A stretch of 64,000 nucleotides of DNA, taken from positions 151,387-215,386 of the IMG/VR virus record IMGVR_UViG_3300034158_000023, one strand, 5' to 3'. Made by a program: the position numbers and the translations under genes. Shown here one piece after another: positions 1 to 7,931 of the stretch (positions are counted from its first letter, which is position 1; each line of letters starts with the position of its first letter). The notes beneath the pieces are model-generated. The model was not told where the DNA came from. It did no database searches and was given only the letters and a program-made list of their open reading frames with translations.

Positions 1-1
1 C

Positions 2-1069
2 GCACCGATTGAACTTAAGAAAGGTTGGTTACCTAACGTAAACCAAGACGTTATTACTTTGGTGGGTAACGTGATAGCAAACGCTATTATGTTCATCTAT
101 CCGTTTGAACACAAGTTCCCTTTCTTACTAGGTAAGTTTAACTTAGGTAAGATTGAAAAGCAGATCATCCAAAACCTTTATGATGATGTTGGAGAAGGGG
201 AGTCAGAAGAGGCTGATAAGTTCTACGTACGTGAGCTGGTTAAGTTCATCGATGCTACAGTTTCTCTAACTGGCTTTAACGACCTGTTTGTGCCTGGTGC
301 TACCGAGTATACCTTAGGACCTGCTCCAAAGGCTCTAGCACGCATGAAGGAGCTTCTAGCGGAACATAAAGATCATCTAGACGATCCTGTTGTAATTGCC
401 GACATTCAGAAGGAGATCGAAGTTCTAGATAGAGAGTACATAGCAAGCGATCCAGATGCTGGATTCTATTTTAAAGATAAATCCTTTAAAGTAGTCCGTA
501 TGAAAATGTACTACATGTACGGTATCGAGAAGAACTTTGCTAACGATGGCACTTATACGTTTATCGAGAAGCCTCTCAACGATGGATGGGATCTATCTAA
601 ATTACCGGAGATGTCTAACACAGCACGTGATGGTTCGTTTAAGCGTGGTGCTGAAACTGCATTAGCTGGTGAGAAGGTTAAGATAGCTTTCCGTGCAATG
701 ACTGGTGTAGTTGTAAACGTTGAGGACTGTGGTAGCATGGTAGGGGAACCTATTCACATGTACTCTGACAAATACCTTAACTTTGTAGGTAGCACCTTTA
801 TCATAAACGGTAAGCTAGTGAAGGTAGATGAGTCTAACGTAGAGTCTTTCAAAGATCAAACGATGTTAGTGAGATCTCCTACTACCTGTAACGTGATCGA
901 TGGTAACCTCTGCGTTGTGTGCGTTGGTGATTTCATTAGGTCTCGTGAGAACACTCTAGGAGCTAGGGTAGCTGAGATCCCATCTACGATGATGGGACTC
1001 TCCATGGGTGCTATGCATGGTAAGGCTTTGAAGACTGTGCAGATAGATATAGCTAGAGCGTTAACATAA
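2..1069 (+). CDS. Virion RNA polymerase beta' subunit, C-terminal part (phiKZ gp80-like); 5' end lies outside the window
   Basis: Frame is open from base 2. The beta' zinc site is retained: VEDCG ... RSPTTC ... NLCVVCVG, matching DCG...RS...C...CxxC of bacterial RpoC. Position upstream of the DNA polymerase exonuclease gene matches phiKZ-like synteny. Confidence 0.85.
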   Translation, partial: APIELKKGWLPNVNQDVITLVGNVIANAIMFIYPFEHKFPFLLGKFNLGKIEKQIIQNLYDDVGEGESEEADKFYVRELVKFIDATVSLTGFNDLFVPGATEYTLGPAPKALARMKELLAEHKDHLDDPVVIADIQKEIEVLDREYIASDPDAGFYFKDKSFKVVRMKMYYMYGIEKNFANDGTYTFIEKPLNDGWDLSKLPEMSNTARDGSFKRGAETALAGEKVKIAFRAMTGVVVNVEDCGSMVGEPIHMYSDKYLNFVGSTFIINGKLVKVDESNVESFKDQTMLVRSPTTCNVIDGNLCVVCVGDFIRSRENTLGARVAEIPSTMMGLSMGAMHGKALKTVQIDIARALT

Positions 1070-1100
1070 TCAGGGGAGGGGTAAAACCCTCCCTTATGCC
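1064..1100 (+). terminator. Hairpin followed by TTATGCC, downstream of the vRNAP gene
   Basis: GGGAGGG-GTAAAA-CCCTCCC (1074-1093), then TTATGCC; upstream CATAA can pair with TTATG. Confidence 0.65.
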
Positions 1101-1110
1101 CAGTTAAATG

Positions 1111-1125
1111 GAGATATATATCATC
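1111..1125 (+). promoter_or_regulatory. Putative early (vRNAP) promoter
   Basis: GAGATA-TATATCATC matches the motif repeated at five other intergenic sites and resembles the phiKZ early consensus TATATTAC. Confidence 0.55.
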
Positions 1126-1189
1126 TATTTGTAACAAGCCGACATATAATACTTAAGACAAATCTTATTTTATTACACCTATCTTATTA

Positions 1190-1328
1190 TATGTTTAAAC
1201 GCCCTTGACGTTGCTCTGCACGCCCCTGGCGTCTATGCTGTTTATATATATAAGGAAATCTAAGAAAGTATAAGAAACACGTATAAACAGCATACACAGG
1301 AGAGGGTACAAAGCCCTCTCCGTATGCC
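1190..1328 (+). other. Structured non-coding element: inverted repeat enclosing three tandem 10-mers; candidate sRNA, leader or origin
   Basis: TATGCTGTTTATA (1234-1246) and TATAAACAGCATA (1282-1294) are a perfect 13-bp inverted repeat enclosing TAAGGAAATC/TAAGAAAGTA/TAAGAAACAC. Closed by hairpin GGAGAGGG/CCCTCTCC (1299-1321). Confidence 0.45.
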
Positions 1329-1354
1329 TATATAAAACCATAAAAGGAAAACCA

Positions 1355-1804
1355 ATGAGTAAACGTAAAGCTAAAGCTAAAAGCAAACCTGAGGTAACTG
1401 ATCACTCCAGGATCTTAGAAACTATCCTAGGAGATAAACTCCACTGGTTACACAGAGGAATGGCAAAGCAAACCTTAGAAGATGCAGCAGGAGATCCTAT
1501 CTATCGATACAGCCTATACAGAGGCAACGTAGTGATAGACTTCTACCCATCTACACCAGAAGCTATCACCTTGAGAGATACTATCCCATTCGCAGCTGAT
1601 ATGGCTATCTTACTAAAGAATCAACTTTGTATCAACACAGTTGATAACTTCCGTAATACATTGCTAGACGTATGCTTACATAAAGCTAAAAGCCGTAAGT
1701 TACACATAGAAGGTTTTGTTAAACAGGTTTATTACTCCATGCAGATAAACCCTGAGCTATTTGCAACCAACGCATTTACAACTAACACATTTGAAGGTAA
1801 GTAA
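1355..1804 (+). CDS. Hypothetical protein with basic N-terminus (149 aa)
   Basis: ORF with AAAAGGA SD; stop overlaps the next start (TAATG). Confidence 0.7.
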   Translation: MSKRKAKAKSKPEVTDHSRILETILGDKLHWLHRGMAKQTLEDAAGDPIYRYSLYRGNVVIDFYPSTPEAITLRDTIPFAADMAILLKNQLCINTVDNFRNTLLDVCLHKAKSRKLHIEGFVKQVYYSMQINPELFATNAFTTNTFEGK

Positions 1805-2151
1805 TGGAAGAGTTCTATCAGTTACGTAACATCGGCGTGCATTCAGCATTAGTTTATTTACTATACGTCTACATTAGCAGTTACCATATGTTAGACGATT
1901 CACCACTAGCACCCAAGCCCCCTTTAAGTGTAGTCTTAGTTACTATTATGATGATAGTGGCTAGCAACTCTACCGTTATCTTCAGTATGTTAATCGGGGT
2001 ATTGTTTGTAGTGAGCGTAGCAGCTGGCATACGTAAAGCTAAGGTTAATAATTCCAACTTCGTCGACTTAGGTTGGATGATGACTGGTATGCTATACCTT
2101 ACGTTATTGATCAATGCTGGACTAGATGTTTTAAATAACTTACAGTCCTAA
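1804..2151 (+). CDS. Small integral membrane protein (3-4 predicted TM helices)
   Basis: Long hydrophobic runs (VHSALVYLLYVYI; LSVVLVTIMMIV..VIFSMLIGVLFVVSVAAGI; LGWMMTGMLYLTLLI); translationally coupled to the upstream gene. Confidence 0.7.
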   Translation: MEEFYQLRNIGVHSALVYLLYVYISSYHMLDDSPLAPKPPLSVVLVTIMMIVASNSTVIFSMLIGVLFVVSVAAGIRKAKVNNSNFVDLGWMMTGMLYLTLLINAGLDVLNNLQS

Positions 2152-2198
2152 TTATTATGTATACTTTGACTTACCGAGTATAACGAACGGAGCAACCC

Positions 2199-3128
2199 AT
2201 GACTAAGAAACGAACTAACCAATCTAAAGGTACCGCTATGGAACAGAAAGATACTGCACCAGTTGTTGACACTAATGTTGAAACCTCAGTAGAAGAAGGT
2301 GTTGCTACTGAACTTGATACCAGCGTAGCCCAAGAAGGCGAAGCTACAGGCGAAATCAATACACCTGTAGAATCTGATACTTTAGTTGAAGGTGAAACTG
2401 CCACTACTGACAAAGTTGCTAAGCTTGTAGGTTTGAACGCTGACCATGAGGGCGAATATGATTCATCCGTCTTGCATACTCCTAAAATTGTTAGTGAGAT
2501 CGATGCAGCTTCATTGGAGCAAGCATCTGGCGATGCTACAGATGGTATCACTGAAGGTAGTGTTGCTACTGCTACTGAAGAAACTCCCGCTAGTACAGCT
2601 GTAGGTCTAGAAGATCTAGATCCTCAACCTAAGCTAGACGAAGAAGAGCAAGAACCTGGTCACTATTATGATCCAGTTGATGACTATTCCGTCTTTGCTC
2701 GTAGCCTTCGTGAAACCCTGCGTAGCTACACAGTTACTATGGCTCCTAACTACCCAGTAACTCCATCTGAGATGTTGGCGCAACAAGCATCACTGGCACG
2801 TAGCTTAAACCGTGTGTTCAATCACCCTAACGTAGTTGAGTTCCAAGAAGCTATGGACGTATTAGTACGTTCTATGAAAGCGAACCCAGAAACGTTCTCT
2901 GTCCGTTATATCAATCGCGGTATGGATAATGTAACTCTGAGCGCTGATGCACGTAAGCAATTTGAAACTGTTATGTTCATCCTCCCGATTTCTGTATTAA
3001 GTGCGGATGGTCGTACACATTACCTCAACTACGGCAGCAAGCTAAGTAGCCTCTTCCCTGAAGACAAAACTGGCGCTGTAGGTAATCGCTTACAATCTTG
3101 GATCAAGCGTTATTTAAGTATTGAATAA
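2199..3128 (+). CDS. Hypothetical protein: acidic, T/E-rich disordered N-terminal half and helical C-terminal domain
   Basis: 309-aa ORF, GGAG SD, phage-typical codon usage, terminator downstream. Confidence 0.8.
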   Translation: MTKKRTNQSKGTAMEQKDTAPVVDTNVETSVEEGVATELDTSVAQEGEATGEINTPVESDTLVEGETATTDKVAKLVGLNADHEGEYDSSVLHTPKIVSEIDAASLEQASGDATDGITEGSVATATEETPASTAVGLEDLDPQPKLDEEEQEPGHYYDPVDDYSVFARSLRETLRSYTVTMAPNYPVTPSEMLAQQASLARSLNRVFNHPNVVEFQEAMDVLVRSMKANPETFSVRYINRGMDNVTLSADARKQFETVMFILPISVLSADGRTHYLNYGSKLSSLFPEDKTGAVGNRLQSWIKRYLSIE

Positions 3129-3142
3129 TCTTATCCATATTA

Positions 3143-3170
3143 GGGAGAGCTACGGCTCTCCCGTTATGCC
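3143..3170 (+). terminator. Hairpin followed by TTATGCC
   Basis: GGGAGAGC-TACG-GCTCTCCC, then GTTATGCC. Confidence 0.7.
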
Positions 3171-3172
3171 GT

Positions 3173-3200
3173 TTCGAAAATAACCTACGGATATATCATC
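3173..3200 (+). promoter_or_regulatory. Putative early promoter
   Basis: TTCGAAAA-N11-TATATCATC. Confidence 0.6.
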
Positions 3201-3235
3201 CACGTGTATACACCTTACAATAAAAGGAAAGTTCA

Positions 3236-4027
3236 ATGCATTTGCCAGATGAGTGTACAGAAAGTAAAAAACCTAATTACCTTGAAATAGCTAATATCCT
3301 AGCTACAGAGTTACAAGTGGAACTTAAACCGTATTACAGTAAAAATGATAAAGCGCATCAGTGGGATCATGTGCTCCAGGTGTTAGATAACGTGACTTAC
3401 ATTTTCTATCATTTAGATCGATCTCCTAAGTTGGCGCAGTGGGCTAGTGAGCTAGGTGAAGACATAGTAGTTAGTTTTACAAAAACTGCTATAGCCGCGT
3501 TGTATCACGATATGTTCTCTACGGAGAATCGTAAGGAACATCACGAGCTAGCTAAAGCATTTATCATCAAAGGTGATGATTACCTACTTGCGATAGACAA
3601 AGCAGCGCGAGTACACATAGGTCAGATCGCTTCTGAGCACCGTGCAAGCTTTAAAGATGAGTACTCTAGCATCGAGTGTGAAATCTTAGCAGCGGCTGAT
3701 AGAGGAGCTCCTGATGTAGATGCGTACATCATGCGAAGTATTCTCTATGCCCACACTAAACGTAAGTACTCTAAACTGGATAGTCTGGTGCATGGACTAA
3801 TCCACATCGGACAGAAGTTTGGTAGCAACAAGAATGCCAAAGTTCCTGACTGGTACGACGATTTCTACAAAGAACAAATTCGTCGTTCTAAAGGTATGTT
3901 TGAGTTATGTGGCAACACTCAGTTTGATGCTGAGATGGCTATAGGGTTTGTAAGAACATATTTCGATCTAGATACTAAAGTTCGTCAATGGGCAGAAGAA
4001 ATCGTGTTAGATGGTTTGCCATGGTAG
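3236..4027 (+). CDS. HD-domain metal-dependent phosphohydrolase
   Basis: H..HD..H..D pattern: AHQWDHV, AALYHDM, EHHELA, ASEHR, AAADR. Confidence 0.8.
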   Translation: MHLPDECTESKKPNYLEIANILATELQVELKPYYSKNDKAHQWDHVLQVLDNVTYIFYHLDRSPKLAQWASELGEDIVVSFTKTAIAALYHDMFSTENRKEHHELAKAFIIKGDDYLLAIDKAARVHIGQIASEHRASFKDEYSSIECEILAAADRGAPDVDAYIMRSILYAHTKRKYSKLDSLVHGLIHIGQKFGSNKNAKVPDWYDDFYKEQIRRSKGMFELCGNTQFDAEMAIGFVRTYFDLDTKVRQWAEEIVLDGLPW

Positions 4028-4063
4028 TATGTAGCGCTTAGCCGTTAATTATTGACGGCATAT

Positions 4064-4092
4064 GAGAGAGTGTCCCCACTCTCTCTTTTTTT
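4064..4092 (+). terminator. Intrinsic terminator
   Basis: GAGAGAGTG-TCCC-CACTCTCTC followed by a T7 run; preceded by CGGCATA. Confidence 0.8.
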
Positions 4093-4111
4093 ATTATAAA
4101 AGGATTTCCAC

Positions 4112-4783
4112 ATGAAACAAGATGAAGTAGGTAACCCAATAGTTAAAGCGTTGGTAGGTACTGAATATTGTACTCGCCAAATAAATATGCATGAAGTTCT
4201 AGAACTTGAAGCGTCGGCAGACACTAGTACCGTAGCTGAGGATAAGTTTGTCGAATCTATCAAAGCTATACGAGAAGAGTTAAAGTCTGCACCAAACTTA
4301 TCTTTAGATGCAGCCAAGAACTCATTACGAGAAATTATGCATAGCGTTAAGATAACTGCTTTACCAAATGTTACCCCAGTACAAAGTGTGGTATTCAGCT
4401 GTAAAGAATATGGGGAGCAAAGTTGGTCCTTAGCCGTTATTCGAGCAGTGTCAACCAATAACGAACTATTTAATTCTTTAGTAGATGATGAGTTACTAGA
4501 GCGGGTATCTAATGACCAAAGTCTGCTTTATAAACTACTGAAAATGTTAACCCTAGATAACATAGATTTAAAACATGTTGGTTTTTCAACGATTCAAATT
4601 CTTACCATAGAAGCAATCGTTAGCGCTAACTTGAACCAATATCTGCATGGGGATCGTCTCATTACAGAAAAGGTATTCACCTGTGAAATAGAACAGGTGG
4701 TACCTATAATTGGACGACCAGGCATTGATGCAATTAAAAGGCGTTTAGCATTGATCGTTAAAATATTGTCAGACTACCTGTAA
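4112..4783 (+). CDS. Hypothetical protein (223 aa)
   Basis: ORF with AAAAGGA SD; no recognised motif. Confidence 0.7.
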   Translation: MKQDEVGNPIVKALVGTEYCTRQINMHEVLELEASADTSTVAEDKFVESIKAIREELKSAPNLSLDAAKNSLREIMHSVKITALPNVTPVQSVVFSCKEYGEQSWSLAVIRAVSTNNELFNSLVDDELLERVSNDQSLLYKLLKMLTLDNIDLKHVGFSTIQILTIEAIVSANLNQYLHGDRLITEKVFTCEIEQVVPIIGRPGIDAIKRRLALIVKILSDYL

Positions 4784-4791
4784 GCACACCT

Positions 4792-4840
4792 GGCATAAAG
4801 GGAGAGTGTAAGCTCTCCCTTATTTTTTTTTGTTTTATGC
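4792..4840. terminator. Bidirectional terminator between convergent genes; near-copy of 27086-27136
   Basis: GGCATAAAGGGAGAGT-GTAA-GCTCTCCCTTA-T-run-GTTTTATGC. Confidence 0.8.
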
Positions 4841-6571
4841 TACTTCTTTCTGTGTCTCTTCTACCCCTAGGATAGAATCGTTACTAGCTCCTTGGTTTAG
4901 ATAAGCGCTGTAGATAGCAGTAAGTGCAGGGAACGCATGAATAGTTTCACAATAGTTAATGGCATTAGTTACACCACCACTTAAGTTCAATCCCACTCTA
5001 CGGCGATCTTCCTCACTCACACCTTCGATTTTAACTAACTCTAAAGTTGTAGTACCCTTAGAAGCGTTCATAACGATCTCACCCCATGGGTAAGCTGAAC
5101 GGATGTCTAAGTCAGATACATACAAACGAATCAGAGTTTGTAAATCTTCTACGTCTTCAATACACTTAAGACCATTCACTTCGACTAAGTGAGTAGCTAG
5201 TGTAATGATCCAATCTTCTGTGCCGATAACCAGATCATCTAACTCATCTGCCATCTTATCGGAAACGCAGCAAATAACCCTACCATGTTTCAAGAAGAAG
5301 AAATGTAAGTCCTCTGCTAGCTGTTTAGGTGTAGAGGAGAATAACCTGTAGGGACTAGCACCTACTAGTTCAGATAGAGAAATACTTAAGTCTTTAGTTT
5401 TCTCATCTAACAACTCCACACCGATACAGTCGAATAAGTTATAGATTAGGTATTCAATCTTATACTTCTTCTGCATGAACTCATGCCAAGCTAACTTAAC
5501 GTAACCATCAGCAAAATTAAAGTTCAGCTTACGTTTACCTAAGATCTTCTCTAGGATTGCATCTAACGCATAAGACTTCTCGTTACCTTTAGCCTTACGT
5601 AGGAATGCATATGTGCCCATAGCACAAATCCAGTAAGACTTAGAAGGTGTAATTAACGTATGCCATCTTTCATGCATAGAGAATGTCATTACGCCGCCAT
5701 CTGCTTTAATGCGGTTGGCTGGACCTTCAATGTAATTACATTCACGGAACTCTGGATCCACTCCAGGATCACTAAAGTGTATAGCTGGATCAATCCCATC
5801 ACGTTCTAAGGTTTGAATCATCTTAGGTACGTCGAAGTTCATGTTCCATGTAGCTACGAAATCAGCACCATATTCGTGTACACGTTTCAGCAACTCAATT
5901 ACTATCTGAGTGTCTGATTCTACTTCAACTATCTCTAGTTTGATACCACGAGACTTTTCATACTGACCTAAATGCTCAGAGAACGCTGCACGAATCTTTT
6001 CTTCAGCTTTAACGATACTACCCATAAACCTTTTAGAATAACAAAGGAATGCTTTATCTTTAAATGTGATAGAGCCTGAAATGATGTCACCCATTTCTTT
6101 ATGATCACGTCTACCACCTAACACGTTGGTCTCTAAGTCGAGTACCGCTATGCTATTAGGACTTACGATATCTTTCCAGGTAGTTAGATACTTAGTTTTA
6201 ACTAATGCTTCTGGAGTAATGTCAGTACCGTAGATGTACTGACTTCTACCTAACTGACGCATGTTCAGATTGCTAGTAGGTAGGTTTAAAGCTTTAGCTA
6301 TCTTCAAAGGCATAGTAGCGGTGTTGCTGCTACGCTTCTGTAGTCTGGTTAGTGACTCACTTTCTTTTTTGTCTTTATGTTTACGATAACCTTCTTTTGT
6401 AATATACCAATCGCGTTCAAAGTTAACAATCTTTCTAAGATTGGGTTCTCTAGTACCATCAGGTAAATGTTTATACTCTTTTACAAACACAGCATCATTA
6501 GAAGGATTATGTTTAGATTTAACGTAAACTATATGCTTCGCCTCTAACTTAAAATCTTTATCGGTGCTCAC
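4835..6571 (-). CDS. Split family-B DNA polymerase, N-terminal subunit (3'-5' exonuclease plus motif A; phiKZ gp82-like)
   Basis: ExoI VLDLETN, ExoII WNMNFD, ExoIII YNLFDC, and polB motif A SDLDIRSAYP near the C-terminus. No motif B or C. Start moved to GTG at 6571 (GGAGAG SD) from the track start at 6682. Confidence 0.8.
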   Translation of the reverse strand: MSTDKDFKLEAKHIVYVKSKHNPSNDAVFVKEYKHLPDGTREPNLRKIVNFERDWYITKEGYRKHKDKKESESLTRLQKRSSNTATMPLKIAKALNLPTSNLNMRQLGRSQYIYGTDITPEALVKTKYLTTWKDIVSPNSIAVLDLETNVLGGRRDHKEMGDIISGSITFKDKAFLCYSKRFMGSIVKAEEKIRAAFSEHLGQYEKSRGIKLEIVEVESDTQIVIELLKRVHEYGADFVATWNMNFDVPKMIQTLERDGIDPAIHFSDPGVDPEFRECNYIEGPANRIKADGGVMTFSMHERWHTLITPSKSYWICAMGTYAFLRKAKGNEKSYALDAILEKILGKRKLNFNFADGYVKLAWHEFMQKKYKIEYLIYNLFDCIGVELLDEKTKDLSISLSELVGASPYRLFSSTPKQLAEDLHFFFLKHGRVICCVSDKMADELDDLVIGTEDWIITLATHLVEVNGLKCIEDVEDLQTLIRLYVSDLDIRSAYPWGEIVMNASKGTTTLELVKIEGVSEEDRRRVGLNLSGGVTNAINYCETIHAFPALTAIYSAYLNQGASNDSILGVEETQKEVA

Positions 6572-6645
6572 AGTTGTTCTCTCCCTGTCGGTCCGTATAT
6601 GATGTACATACTGTGTAAAGTAAAACTTTTTTATGGAGTTATCCC

Positions 6646-7920
6646 ATGTTTCCAGAGAATGTATTTGTCGGCATAGAAGCAATGGCGTATAAAGCCAGAG
6701 AAAACTTCTACCCTCAGTTAGTTACTAAATTCCAGCACGTTTTAGACCATATAGACCTATCTATTCCTCGTCGCATACTGGATTGCAATATCCCTAAATT
6801 GGTAGGCGATGAGTTTAACATGAACGTTACCGTAACTGTAGAGAAGTCCACTCAGTATGGTGCGTACATGATTGCTCCTGATTTAAAAACAAACCACGCC
6901 TTATTATCTTCCTGGCGCAACACCTATTCAGAAGCTGGTGCATCTTTAAAGTATCTAAAGAGTTCTAAACTGAAATCTATCAATGGTTCTGTGTCTAGAG
7001 CTACTGGTAAGGTGTTTGGTGATTTCTCTAAAATACAAGCTCCTATCGTAATGTCAGAAGCTTTATTCGATGGTACGTTTACAGCCAGAGAGCTAGCTTC
7101 TATGTTCAGTCATGAGTTAGGTCACTTCTGGACTTACTTAGAATGTTTAGCCAGAACAGTAACAGCTAACTTAGCCTTAGCAGCAGTGTTACAAGAGTTG
7201 ACTGGTACGCAAGATGTTAAAATGAACTTCCAGTTAATCACAGAACTAGAAAACGTAACTGGTACGAAAATCCCTAACGCCAAGCAAGTAGCTAACTACA
7301 GATCAACTGAAAAGTTACACACCGTAGTAGTGAACGAAGTTTATAAACAAACTGTATCGTCAACTGAATATGGTAGCCTTTATGACCAAGCTGGTTGGGA
7401 ATCTCAATCGGATATGTTTGTTAATCGTCTAGGTGGTGGTAAAGACCTAACCACGGCACTGCACAAAATCCATAAGAAATATGGTGACGCTGCATACTGG
7501 GGAGCAACAGGTTGGTACATCTGGCAAATCCTGTCAGTAGCACTAACTCTGGTAGTGACATGGCCGATCTTATTAGCTGTCTTTTTCGTATTGGCGTTGT
7601 CTGGAACTCACCCAGAGACAAATGAGTATGATACGATTGCCGCTAGATGTAACAGAATCAAGTTGGATATCGTTGGTTCATTGCGCAATAAAGGGCTAGC
7701 AAAAGAAGAAGTAAAACAAACTCTGGCTGACATAGACGAGATTGAAGTAGCTTTAGAAAATGCCGTAGATAGACAACCATGGTTAACAGGTTTAATGGTG
7801 GTAGTCTGGAATCCCTTTAGAAAACAAGCCAAAGAAAAACAGATGCAACAACTTCTGGAAGAACTAGCTAACAACCCACTGTTAATAACCGCAGCTCGCT
7901 TTAAAACAGCTGATTATTAA
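6646..7920 (+). CDS. Virion head protein with HExxH zinc-metallopeptidase motif and a hydrophobic hairpin
   Basis: N-terminal GIE|A protease-type site; SHELGH motif; hydrophobic stretch WQILSVALTLVVTWPILLAVFFVLAL; first gene of the head cluster. Confidence 0.65.
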   Translation: MFPENVFVGIEAMAYKARENFYPQLVTKFQHVLDHIDLSIPRRILDCNIPKLVGDEFNMNVTVTVEKSTQYGAYMIAPDLKTNHALLSSWRNTYSEAGASLKYLKSSKLKSINGSVSRATGKVFGDFSKIQAPIVMSEALFDGTFTARELASMFSHELGHFWTYLECLARTVTANLALAAVLQELTGTQDVKMNFQLITELENVTGTKIPNAKQVANYRSTEKLHTVVVNEVYKQTVSSTEYGSLYDQAGWESQSDMFVNRLGGGKDLTTALHKIHKKYGDAAYWGATGWYIWQILSVALTLVVTWPILLAVFFVLALSGTHPETNEYDTIAARCNRIKLDIVGSLRNKGLAKEEVKQTLADIDEIEVALENAVDRQPWLTGLMVVVWNPFRKQAKEKQMQQLLEELANNPLLITAARFKTADY

Positions 7921-7931
7921 GGATCATTCCG

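Noticed and set aside
1205-1239. Host sigma70 promoter TTGACG...TATGCT
   Set aside because: Spacer is 23 nt, far from 17 +/- 1
1251-1280. CsrA/RsmA-sponge interpretation of the repeat loop
   Set aside because: Only one of the three repeats contains GGA; known sponges carry many GGA hairpin loops
2171-2551. Short antisense or alternate-frame ORFs in the track (e.g. 2171-2551, 39209-39730, 49408-49854)
   Set aside because: Fully nested opposite well-supported genes, with no SDs and shadow-like composition
6572-6682. N-terminal extension of the DNA polymerase ORF overlapping the 6646 gene
   Set aside because: A GTG with GGAGAG SD at 6571 removes the overlap
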